Assembly (NCBI GenBank): GCA_946965045.2
Contig: OX337229.1
Location: 5,642,001-5,706,000, forward strand
DNA from: Epithemia pelagica
Lineage: Eukaryota; Protista; Bacillariophyta
DNA length: 64,000 nucleotides
Reading direction: 5' to 3'
Position 1 is the stretch's first letter. Every line of letters begins with the position of its first letter. The notes under the pieces are model-generated. The model was not told the DNA's origin and searched no databases. It worked only from the letters and a program-made list of their open reading frames with translations. The position numbers and the translations under genes were made by a program. Of this stretch, positions 12,454 through 22,614 are shown piece after piece.

Positions 12454-13746
12454 CTATGATATCGTCTCGTCCGTGGTCGTAACTCGATTGGTAGGTTTGC
12501 CTTTGACATGCCTACTTAAATCATCCACAAGCTCTTTCAATGTAAGTTCATTCTGCCCCGTTAGTTCTTTCCGGATACTTGCAGGGTTGCCTGGGTATCC
12601 AATCTTGGGATTCTTGAAACTCATGTAGAACAAGGCTCTACTTTGATTGGACTGATTGGCACCACCACAATGAAGTAAACGAGAGTCGTAAATGCCACAA
12701 GATCCTTTGGGCAACACACCCACTACGGAGGGTTGGGTTTCCAGCAACCAATCCTTGCCCTTTTCCTCCTCCGTGCCGCTGTCGTCCTTTTGAAAGATAT
12801 CGTGCATTTCTTTTGTATGAGTTCGCGGAAGCCACGTCGTCGGCCCCATATCCAATGTGATATCCTGCAAGGCGATGAAGCAAGTAATCAACACCGGTTC
12901 GTCGTCATCATCTTTAAACGGGTTATCAGGGTGGACGACCTGTCGTTGACTTCCAGGGTCACTCATTAAGCATGAGAATTCGTAGAGAACGGCAGCGTCA
13001 CTCAAGATTGTTGAGTACAACTTTCCGACCGGACTTTGGAGCAAGACTTCGGCCAAGGCATTGGCCACCAAACTGGAACCCAATGGAATGGGCATGTCAC
13101 ATCGATTGGTTTTGAGCAGCACATCAGCAAATCGATCTATGGGCTGCACTTGTCCCGAACGAACCAATTCCTCGGATTCCATTCTCTTGTCGTACAAAAA
13201 GGCTCTCAATTCGTCCGCTGTGGCTTCACTCAAGACGCGATCAATCCGAACCACGCCTTCCTCCTTCAAGACTTTGGCATATGCCTTGGCTTGAGCTTTG
13301 AGAAGTTGCTGTCCGGACTTGCTCCCCGATGACGATGATCCAGATTTACCACCAAATCCTCCTCCTCCACCTCCCCGTCCAGCTCCTACTCCTTTGATGA
13401 CTGGTGATTGCAGTGGTTCCGGTGGAGTTTTTGACATGAGTTCGCCTTCCACTTCACCACGCCGTATCAACAATTTTTCCTGTTCCTGGTACAACAACGA
13501 CGGTGCATCGCTACCGAAATTGTCATTCTGTGATGCTATCCCTGTTGTTCGAGGTAGCTGCGAGGATGTTCGACCCCGTGGCACCCGTGATGGTAGACGT
13601 CCTCGTTGTTGAAAATCAAGACGACGATGACTTCCATTTCTGCTTTTCGAAACATGTGACCATCCAATCACTTGTGGACTCAGCAGATGAAGAAAAATGA
13701 GCTGGTAGACAGTCGATAGCGTCGTGACAAGAGGAAGATGTGGCAT
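12454..13746 (-). CDS. Phytanoyl-CoA dioxygenase (PhyH)-family 2OG-Fe(II) dioxygenase with hydrophobic N-terminal presequence
   Basis: HxD...H triad (QVVHPD; LLHCGGAN), plus FIALQDITLDMGPT and R in SRALFY. Probable start is MPHLPLV at 13746; the ORF is open further upstream to 13914. Confidence 0.8.
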   Translation of the reverse strand: MPHLPLVTTLSTVYQLIFLHLLSPQVIGWSHVSKSRNGSHRRLDFQQRGRLPSRVPRGRTSSQLPRTTGIASQNDNFGSDAPSLLYQEQEKLLIRRGEVEGELMSKTPPEPLQSPVIKGVGAGRGGGGGGFGGKSGSSSSGSKSGQQLLKAQAKAYAKVLKEEGVVRIDRVLSEATADELRAFLYDKRMESEELVRSGQVQPIDRFADVLLKTNRCDMPIPLGSSLVANALAEVLLQSPVGKLYSTILSDAAVLYEFSCLMSDPGSQRQVVHPDNPFKDDDDEPVLITCFIALQDITLDMGPTTWLPRTHTKEMHDIFQKDDSGTEEEKGKDWLLETQPSVVGVLPKGSCGIYDSRLLHCGGANQSNQSRALFYMSFKNPKIGYPGNPASIRKELTGQNELTLKELVDDLSRHVKGKPTNRVTTTDETIS

Positions 13747-15362
13747 TTTGCATACACCGTTTACAAAAGAGCAAAAGAGTTGATGGATTTTGTTCGATGG
13801 ATGTGCGGCTGTCACGATCCTTTTGATTTGTCGCCCTTCAGTCGCTTGAAATGACTGCTCGACGGTACATCTCGACTTGAACAAAAGAAAAGACCTCATG
13901 GACGCTGAATCCATTTGCTTTCAGAATGATTAGACCGAAACAAGTTTTTGGAACAGAAAAGAGAAGCAGAAACCCAACAAACTCTCCGAAGAGACGAAGT
14001 ATGGAGATCGAGAGAGAATGAGACAAGCTGAGATTTTCGTGGAGATTTGGTCTACCCCAGTCAAAGCCCCTCGCTTGAACCATACAATCAATGCATGGTT
14101 TCTTTTCTTCGAGATTCAGAACCAATCTAGCAACGAAAGTCACAGCATCCCACTGTAACTTTAGTGACCGATGTCCAAAGAAAACGCAGAGGGGATTATC
14201 GTGTTTGAGTATCAGCAATGATATTGATGGAGTCATGAGGACAAGAACCAAACGAATGGTTATTCATCTCACAAATGCCAAGCCAGCAACTAGTACATCA
14301 CGGAAGACGGCAAAACCTCTAGACGACAATCAAATTCTACAGCAAAGTTTGCATCATATCATCGAACCAGGGAGTGTAGCACATGGGTCATGAGTCTAAT
14401 GAAGCTGGGGCATTATCTGCCTCAAACCCGTTAAAGCCATGAGAATACGACATGATGAAAGGTCGATAGAGTCCATATTCGTCACAAAACCTCGACGAGT
14501 TGGTCACTAGATTTGTCGCTAATCCACCTTCACGATCAGAGACTTGCCGACCTCATCACTTGACTACAATCGAAATGAGCAACAGAGTTAGCTTGGTATA
14601 ATTCAACCAGAGTCATGGGAGAAGGCAAACGCCATCCAGTATCAAATGCGTCATGCTGGTCCTTTTCAGGCCGGAAAATTATCTTCATCGGTTCATTTCC
14701 AGCCAATGAAAAAGGCGTGCAGGATGCGGAACAGAAGCATCGTCTTTTGAAGCAACGTCCCATTGATTCCATGACTATGGACAACGACTCTGCGTCGTTG
14801 ATGTCGGATAAAGTCTCTTGGATTGCACTGTTGCGTCGTGTCCCGACCATTGTGACACGCAATTTGTCTCGAAATGCGTTTCTGCTTGACTCGAGGCTGT
14901 GACCAATTCTTGTACCACTTCTTCCACCAATTCGCCGTAGTCTTTTCCGGCCGTCGGTTACAGCCAGGCTTCCCCAACTGGAGCTCCAATCCTTCTTTCA
15001 ACAAGCGGAGTTTCGTGCCGTGTGCGCTAATGATGGAAAGTGTCCACGAGGCTATCAGGTACGACGAGAAAGTGACAGTTTAGGATGAACAGTTTGAATG
15101 GTGACCATCTACTGCCCTTCCCTCTAGATGAGGGGAAAGTGAACATATAAGTTCTTCTGCCTCGCAAGTTCCTTCACTCCAATGTCCTCTTCTCCTAAGT
15201 TTTGGGATGTCACTTAGTAATAGTAGGCATACGAGAGTTACTCGTCCTCTTAACTGACCTACTCCTATCTAGGTAGGTAGGTAGCTTTTGTCTCTTCTTC
15301 TTTTGTCGGCATCAAAAATCAAAAGATGCGCAATGCACAGTGATGGTGCCGGTGCCGTGGGG

Positions 15363-15457
15363 AAACGTGCAAGAGCCATACCAAAGTCACGTGGTAGCGG
15401 ACACAAAAAATTTCGTGAACGCGACTGCAACTGTAGGACAAACAGTCAAACACGTGC
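15363..15457 (+). promoter_or_regulatory. Cluster of E-box-like motifs including exact ACACGTGC (candidate diatom low-iron response element) upstream of FRD paralogue 1
   Basis: AAACGTGC 15363-15370, TCACGTGG 15387-15394 and ACACGTGC 15450-15457 lie 320-420 bp upstream of ATG 15779. Confidence 0.4.
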
Positions 15458-15778
15458 TTGCTCGGGTCGGGACATTGAGACGCATGATGATGTGTCTCTG
15501 TTTCTCCCCTCTCAATTTTCTTTTTTTTTCTCTTTCCATTTCTCACCTCTTTGACTCTCTCTTTGAGATTATCCTCGATGGATATGAATGATTCAGGTAC
15601 CGCAAACAACTCTCATCTGTACTGGATCTTTGGGATATGAAGACTTGTATAGAGTGTGATCGTCTCACTTCCTCTTTCCTTTGTTTTCGTTGTGCTTTTA
15701 TCTTTTATCCGGTCGGTAGAGGTGTTTGAAAAAATATCGGTTCCAGTGTTTGATACTCGATCGAATTTGCAAAAGATC

Positions 15779-18106
15779 ATGCATATTTTGCCTCGAATCA
15801 CCGTGCTCCTGTGTTTTACATGGATATCAGTGTGGGTGCTATGGGGAATGACAGCCAATGGATATCCCTGGTACTTAAACAATATGGCGCGATCGTTTGC
15901 CCCTGAAAATCCAAAGATGGCCCTTCCATTCCTCGTTCTCGCGATTCCCATTCTATTAGCTGGTGCTGTAGGAGCACTGTGTTGGATTCGAAGCAAATCA
16001 TCTCGCCAGTCTCAGTGGAGAGTCCCGTCCCTGGGAGTCCTTTCTGATGAACGGAGCCTATTTGTTCTGTTTTGTTTGATACCCACATCAGTCTTTGTTA
16101 CAAGCTCCATTCGTCGGCATATGGATAATTTACCATTTGATCGCTCGTTGCTTGACGAACGAACCTTGGCAAACTTGACAATTAACATAAAAGCAAACGT
16201 CATCGGCTTTGCTTCCATCATTGCCATCAACTTTTTGTTTATTCTGGTGGCACGCCATTCTCCGTTGAATGCCGTGATTGGATGGTCGCCACCTCAAGCT
16301 CTTGTGTTCCATCGATGGCTGGGCACTTTAGTTGTCATTGGCAGTCTCCTGCACGGATCCATGCACACGTACCGCTGGATTATTGTCCAACAGCAGAATC
16401 CTTGGCATATCATCACCATTTCCTCCGATTGCTGGTCCTTTTGGACATCAGGCGGCGAGCGACCATGTAGCAACTGTGGTCAATGTAAAGCTCACATCAT
16501 GAACTTGACTGGGTTCTTGGCTGCCCTTCCCTTTCTTGTCATTTTCCTTTCCTCACTGGAACCCGTACGCAGAAGGGTCTACCGTATCTTCTATGCCATT
16601 CACGTGATTGCCGCACCGATGGGCATTTTCTTTTTACTTTTGCATTATCCAGCAGCTCTCTTGTACTTGTCCGGTGGCATTCTTTACTACGCTGCGTCCT
16701 CGCTGCCCGTGTTTCTGGAACGCAAATGTTCGGGACAGCAGCAAGTCACCCTCATGTCGGCGGAAATGGTCGACTGTGTGGCAAGTGTGGAAGAGAATAC
16801 CACCGTTTCCGATCATCGTCCTTGTGTCAGTTTGACATTTCAAGCCACTCCAACTGCCATGGAACGGTATCGTGCCGGACAGTATGTTCGTTTATGGTGT
16901 CCCGACATTGCTTACGAGGCGCATCCCTTTACCATTTCTCCCGTCTTGTCGTCGTTGTCTTCGTCACACAACGACGAACATGATGGCAATGGTACGATGC
17001 GTATCATCTTTCGACAAACGGGAAGATTTACGAAACTACTTGGTGCTTCCTTGCTCAACTCCGAGGTTCCACCCAAGGTTTTCATGGAAGGCTTTCATGG
17101 TTCCTCGAATCGAATGGACCAATTACAACGACACGATTCCGTCTTGATTGTGGCAGGAGGCATTGGCATTACGCCCTACCTTTCCCTATTGGCAGAGATT
17201 CGAGATGCCTCCCATCGAAGCAGTAGTACGGCCTCCCAGAATGGAACGACCCGCGTCATTCAGCTCCATTGGATTTGTCGTGATCGTGGATTGATGGAGT
17301 ACATTCGAAGCGAGTACTTGGATCCCATTGTGGAAACAATATCGGGAGATTACCAGATTCAGTGTACCATTCATTACACCGGAGGGACGACAACCAATCA
17401 AGAAATGGATTCGACACAAGATGAAGATGCAGACGACGAAGAAGATATGTTGGTGGTGCGGCGTCAAGAATTTACAAACCCCTCTCGTTCGGAACCTTTC
17501 CAACCATCCAAATTTGCCGTGGGAACAAAGTCCACGTACCGAACCAATCTGCCACAGTTTTTATCCTTTGCCGCAATAGGTACGGCTGGTTTGACCTTGA
17601 TTTGGGTCGGTATTGCGCACTTGGGAATCGCCTACACTCTCATTCCCATTCCCTTGCTGATACTTTGTCTGTTGGTGGCTGTCTTGGTCAACAAGTGCTT
17701 GCCAGAGGAGCACCAGGGAGCACAATTTTTGGCCGTAGTGGATGAAGATACTACCATCTTGTCCGATTCCTCCTTACACGCCAGTCCTGGTACGTGGGAA
17801 TTTGCCACACTGACTACCAAACGAACCAATTACAATGAATCCGCTTCCACTGCACAAGAAGAACGATCATCCTGGGTTCGTGTCCAAGAGGGTGGTCGTC
17901 CGATGGTCCCTCAATTGGTGGCATCGTTCTTGGAATCGACCACAACAGCGACGGGGCAGTCGTCGTGTCCCGGATTTTTTTGCTGTGGACCCAAATCTTT
18001 GATGCACAGTGTCCGTGGGGCGGTACGGTATGGGGGAAGTGTGTGGCCCGAAGGGGGCTGTGATTGTGGAAACTTGGCCGTCTATGAAGAAGCCTTTGAG
18101 TTGTAA
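15779..18106 (+). CDS. Ferric-reductase-domain (FRE/FRO/NOX superfamily) transmembrane oxidoreductase, paralogue 1
   Basis: Bis-His heme helices (FHRWLG...LLHG; IHVIAAP...LLHY), FAD motif HPFTIS, NADPH motif GGIGITP, C-terminal CGP and EEAFEL. Confidence 0.92.
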   Translation: MHILPRITVLLCFTWISVWVLWGMTANGYPWYLNNMARSFAPENPKMALPFLVLAIPILLAGAVGALCWIRSKSSRQSQWRVPSLGVLSDERSLFVLFCLIPTSVFVTSSIRRHMDNLPFDRSLLDERTLANLTINIKANVIGFASIIAINFLFILVARHSPLNAVIGWSPPQALVFHRWLGTLVVIGSLLHGSMHTYRWIIVQQQNPWHIITISSDCWSFWTSGGERPCSNCGQCKAHIMNLTGFLAALPFLVIFLSSLEPVRRRVYRIFYAIHVIAAPMGIFFLLLHYPAALLYLSGGILYYAASSLPVFLERKCSGQQQVTLMSAEMVDCVASVEENTTVSDHRPCVSLTFQATPTAMERYRAGQYVRLWCPDIAYEAHPFTISPVLSSLSSSHNDEHDGNGTMRIIFRQTGRFTKLLGASLLNSEVPPKVFMEGFHGSSNRMDQLQRHDSVLIVAGGIGITPYLSLLAEIRDASHRSSSTASQNGTTRVIQLHWICRDRGLMEYIRSEYLDPIVETISGDYQIQCTIHYTGGTTTNQEMDSTQDEDADDEEDMLVVRRQEFTNPSRSEPFQPSKFAVGTKSTYRTNLPQFLSFAAIGTAGLTLIWVGIAHLGIAYTLIPIPLLILCLLVAVLVNKCLPEEHQGAQFLAVVDEDTTILSDSSLHASPGTWEFATLTTKRTNYNESASTAQEERSSWVRVQEGGRPMVPQLVASFLESTTTATGQSSCPGFFCCGPKSLMHSVRGAVRYGGSVWPEGGCDCGNLAVYEEAFEL

Positions 18107-18605
18107 AGAATAGTCGTGGTGACGGTTGGTACCACGACAGTGCCGCTCTGTGTTGACATTGATGTTTCGTTGTAGAAACCCCGACGTGAGATGAAGGATG
18201 ATAGGATCCATGGCCCCCGTTCCGCTATTTCCCTTTGTATATTTCCTGACGTTTGACACGCACTTTGTTGTGCTATAATAGATTCATTCTTTGAACCAAT
18301 TTCTGCTCTTCATAAGACGTGCGCTGTTCGTCTTCCTAGGCCTTACCTAGAGAAGAATGCTCTGTCCAGATCCAGTTTGGTTGCATGTATTTGGCCGCTC
18401 ATCGTTGAACGCATTATTCTAAAGATTCTTCGCAGATCTCATTTCTTGAGAAAAAATGAGGGAGTTTTCTGCGACCCCTAGACGCCCAGTCGTGCGTTCG
18501 ACTCAAGAATCGCGGCACATTGAAAAAAAGCACATCCGCGCCGCAGAATCTGAGGCAAGCGGACGACCCTAGGTTTGTCAAACAAACTCAGGGGTATTCT
18601 GGAAC

Positions 18606-19019
18606 ATGATACGAGCATGTCGTATTCCTCCAGTACTGAATCGAGTTTGCGATGAATCCATTCCATCGGCGTTGCTCGTGACATTCAATGGTGAAATAAT
18701 TGGGGAGTCGACCAAGTTTCCGCACCACAAGGACCCGGCCTTCTTTGGTACGCTTGTGGCGGATATTGCCTTGGATTATCAACGAGCAGGGGAAGATTAT
18801 GCCTCCATTGAAGCTTCTAAAATTCAAAAGAGCCATTTACAGAGCGTGTTGATTGAAATGGAGGGAGGAACGGTTGGCATATCCGCCTGTTCCAAGGTGG
18901 ATATCTTTGCTATCGCTGTGGCACGACCGGATACGCCACCGGGGCTATTGAAAGCTAGACTGGAACAGCTTACTTTATTTGTGGAAGAATCTCTCTCGGA
19001 GATGTACGCAAATCCCTAA
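18606..19019 (+). CDS. Roadblock/LC7-domain protein, LAMTOR2-like
   Basis: 137 aa. The pattern LNRV...SALLVTFNGEIIG...A..W/Y...LIEMEGGTV...GLLKARLEQL fits the LAMTOR2 roadblock fold. Confidence 0.7.
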   Translation: MIRACRIPPVLNRVCDESIPSALLVTFNGEIIGESTKFPHHKDPAFFGTLVADIALDYQRAGEDYASIEASKIQKSHLQSVLIEMEGGTVGISACSKVDIFAIAVARPDTPPGLLKARLEQLTLFVEESLSEMYANP

Positions 19020-19686
19020 GATCGGAATTGCAGTCAAACGTTGTTGGTTTCCGCTTGGATTCGAGATTGAGAAGGCCAAAAAAATGTTCCCTCAATACAG
19101 GATGAAACTCTCGGAGCAACGCTGACAGGTGATGACGATTGTACCTTACTACATCTTTGTTTTAAGAGAAGGTGAAGTGATGATTGATGGTATCCTCTAC
19201 TTGCTATCCTACTTTGTCCACAACTTTGCACATAGGACAGTAGCTCTCTCCTCGTACGCCTTAGCAAGAGCTGTCTGAATTCAGTATCAACGTTACGTTT
19301 AATTTAGGTCCGTGAGACTCTGGGGTTTTGTAGTGAAGATGGCACGCTTTATTTCCGCGACCTCTGAAAAAGCGACCGCATACCGGATGGACGCGTGTTT
19401 GCACGCGCGCAGCCGCACTGCGAAATCTTTTGTTCATCTCGACAAAGATGTTCACGTTTGGATGGACGACAATGGAGGTACCCTTTGGTAATCTATTATT
19501 TGGATTTCAATTGTCCCCATCTTGATTCGTTTGTGATTGAGGCAGCCAAACGACATCTCATTCCTTCCGAGCGATACAATCAAGTGTTCGAACGTTTCCA
19601 GGTGTTTTGATATTGCCCACTCACTGAATCCGACGGAAAGACGAAACGCTTTCGCAAAGAATCACACACACACGCACAAACTCATC

Positions 19687-22068
19687 ATGAAGATTGTGGC
19701 TCGAATAACAGTGGTGCTATGCTTTGCCTGGATGGGAGTGTGGGTATTATGGGGATCCACAACTTCGGGATATGCCTGGTTCTTGAATGACATGGCCCGT
19801 TCCTTTTCCGAAGACAATCCCAAGGCTGCCCTCCCCTTGTTGGTTCTGGCCGTACCAATCCTCGTGGCGGGTGCTGTGACGGCTCTGTGTTGGACGAGTC
19901 GTGGTGAATTGTCGTCATCTACTCCTGCGAGGTGGAACAGCATGTCTTTGGGAGGTCGACTGAGATTTCTCTGGTCGGATGAACGAAGTTTGTTTCTGGT
20001 GTTTTGTATCATCCCTTTTGTCATTTTCATTTCCAGCTACGTGCGTCGGCATTTGAACAAGATCGAAGCGGATGACTCTGGAAAGTACGACGACCCGATG
20101 GCCGTTACCAACAAGACAATCATGGAACAAGCCAATGCCTTTGCCTTTGTGGCAGTCATTGGCTTCAATTTGCTGCTGATTCTCGTGGCACGCCATTCTC
20201 CCCTGTTGGCTATAGTGGCGTGGTCACGACCTCATGCACTTATCTTTCATCGATGGTTGGGTGTGACGGTCATTCTCACCAGCCTGCTGCATGGATTTCT
20301 CCATATTTATCGATGGATTGCCGTCCAACATCATGCCTTGGGGTACATGATTACCATTCCGTCCGAGTGTTGGCAAGATTGGAATGGCTATGAACCCGAA
20401 TGCGACGATTGCGATTGTCATGATCATTGGAAAAATGTCACGGGTTGTTTGGCCGCCATTCCCTTGCTTACAATCTTGATTTCGTCCTTGGAGCCGGTCC
20501 GAAGACGCATCTACCGTCTTTTCTATGCCATTCATGTCATTGCGGCACCCTTGGGCCTGGTCATGGTCATTATGCACTACAGCAAGGCCTTTTTGTATCT
20601 TTCGGGAGGCATTCTCTTTTACCTGGCCTCGTCCATGCCCGTGTTTGTGGAACAAAGCTGTTCTAGACAAGGATCGCCCGTCACATTGAGTTCGGCCGAA
20701 CAAGTCGACAGTCCTCCCCCGGTGGATGACGAACTTGTCATTTCCACCAATAGTGATCGTCCATGTGTGAGTTTGACCGTGCACGTGTCACCCATGGCCC
20801 TGGAACGGTATCGTGCGGGGCAGTATGTTCGGCTGTGGTGTCCAGAAATTTCTCGCGAGGCACATCCCTTTACCATTTCGCCCGTGGTCCATGGTGGTGA
20901 ACAACACAATGACAATCATGGTACCACGACTAGTATGCGCATCCTGTTTCGACAAACGGGCCAATTCACCAAGCAACTGGGCCATACCTTGCTCCAATGC
21001 GAAATTCCTCCCCGAATCTTTCTGGAAGGCTTTCATGGCTCCCCGAATCGCATGGATCAGTTGAGGAGGCATGACTCGGTGCTCATTCTCGCCGGAGGCA
21101 TTGGCATTACACCATACCTGTCACTCTTGACCACCATTCGCCAATCGTGGCCTGGAACCAAAAAGCCGTCTCCCCTGGACCAAGATAATTTTACGTGCGC
21201 CAAAGTGATTCAGCTTCATTGGATTTGTCGCGATCGTGGATTGATTGATTATATTCGAAGCGAGTACTTGAACCGTATCGTGGAGACGGTTTCGGGAGAC
21301 TACCAAATTCACTGTACCATTCATTACACGGGATGGGCCACCAATGAGGAATTCAATTGTGATGCTGCGGGGGGACGAGAAGGTGGAATGGCAGGAGGGA
21401 TTCACAAACAAGACTTTGAAAATCCACCCACGTCGGTACCATTTCAACCATCGAAATTTGCCGTTGGTACCCATGCGACCTATCGAGGAAATATCCCACT
21501 GTTCCTGTCCTTTGCGGCGATTGGCAGTATAGGAATGGCCTTCATCTGGATGTGCTATACACGTTGGGACGACGGATCCATTGTGGCACTTCTTCCATTA
21601 TTGATTCTTTGTCTTGTGGTGGGCGGTTTGGTCAACAGGCTTCTTCCCGATCACGGAAAACGGTTTACCGCACTCTCTTCCCTGGAGGAAGAAGAAGACG
21701 TGGTGTTTACCGACTCGGCGAACGATCATGGTTCCTCGGAACTGGAACTCACAACCAAACGAACAGAGGATGGTCACGACGACACTCTATCGGATGAATT
21801 TGGCGATTTGTCCTTGTCCGTTCCCAAACACAACGCACCCATGGCGTCGTCTTCCTTTGTCCGCGTGGAGGATGGTCGTCCCCATGTACCACATATCGTG
21901 TCACAAGCAGCACTGGATACCGCACTCTGTCCAGGGATTTTTGCGTGTGGACCCAAGAGTCTCATGCAAAGTGTTCGTGGTGCGGTCCGTATGGGTGGGA
22001 GTTTGTGGCCTTCGGGTGGATGCAACTGTGGAGATATTGCCGTCTATGAAGAAGCCTTTGAGTTGTAA
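19687..22068 (+). CDS. Ferric-reductase-domain oxidoreductase, paralogue 2
   Basis: Same motifs as paralogue 1 (FHRWLG..LLHG, HPFTIS, GGIGITP, CGP, EEAFEL) and collinear along its whole length. Probable ATG is MKIVARIT at 19687. Confidence 0.92.
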   Translation: MKIVARITVVLCFAWMGVWVLWGSTTSGYAWFLNDMARSFSEDNPKAALPLLVLAVPILVAGAVTALCWTSRGELSSSTPARWNSMSLGGRLRFLWSDERSLFLVFCIIPFVIFISSYVRRHLNKIEADDSGKYDDPMAVTNKTIMEQANAFAFVAVIGFNLLLILVARHSPLLAIVAWSRPHALIFHRWLGVTVILTSLLHGFLHIYRWIAVQHHALGYMITIPSECWQDWNGYEPECDDCDCHDHWKNVTGCLAAIPLLTILISSLEPVRRRIYRLFYAIHVIAAPLGLVMVIMHYSKAFLYLSGGILFYLASSMPVFVEQSCSRQGSPVTLSSAEQVDSPPPVDDELVISTNSDRPCVSLTVHVSPMALERYRAGQYVRLWCPEISREAHPFTISPVVHGGEQHNDNHGTTTSMRILFRQTGQFTKQLGHTLLQCEIPPRIFLEGFHGSPNRMDQLRRHDSVLILAGGIGITPYLSLLTTIRQSWPGTKKPSPLDQDNFTCAKVIQLHWICRDRGLIDYIRSEYLNRIVETVSGDYQIHCTIHYTGWATNEEFNCDAAGGREGGMAGGIHKQDFENPPTSVPFQPSKFAVGTHATYRGNIPLFLSFAAIGSIGMAFIWMCYTRWDDGSIVALLPLLILCLVVGGLVNRLLPDHGKRFTALSSLEEEEDVVFTDSANDHGSSELELTTKRTEDGHDDTLSDEFGDLSLSVPKHNAPMASSSFVRVEDGRPHVPHIVSQAALDTALCPGIFACGPKSLMQSVRGAVRMGGSLWPSGGCNCGDIAVYEEAFEL

Positions 22069-22614
22069 CATCCACAACAGCCAGTCATGGACGTCTCCAT
22101 ACAGGACATCTTGTTTCCTCACGATTACTACTGTACAAGCACAGGGTCGACCCTTCTTGTTGCGATAACTTACGATGCAGTAATCCACGAAATCTAGAAC
22201 ATGAATTTTGTACAAGTCGCAATACTGTGTCGCGCGCGACTGAAATGGTATTGATGCTTGTCACCCGGCGTTTTCGGGAGAATTCCATTGAGGAGTTGCT
22301 TTTGATTGGTCGAATGTCATGTCTTGCGTTCTGTCGGTTGCAGATTTCGCGTCCACTCCATGTTCTTTCCGCCTTTCGCGTTCCGCGAGCTCGCTGTACG
22401 AGTATTGTATGACGCGAGATTCGGAAGTGGAAGCTTGCGGAAGCGAACACCCAATCGCGACTATTGTCCAACCCCATTTGGATCAGACCTTCTCTTTCCA
22501 GCTTTGTTCGTCTTCAGAGAGACCAAGGAACCATAAAATCCATTCTTTGGATCTTGTGTAGTCTCTCTCTTTCTCCTGTGTGCGATTTCCTCTTTATAGA
22601 ACTCTCTCATCAAC

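Noticed and set aside
14091-15083. Several 95-108 aa ORFs between PhyH and FRD paralogue 1
   Set aside because: Overlapping frames on both strands with no motif or consistent splice model.
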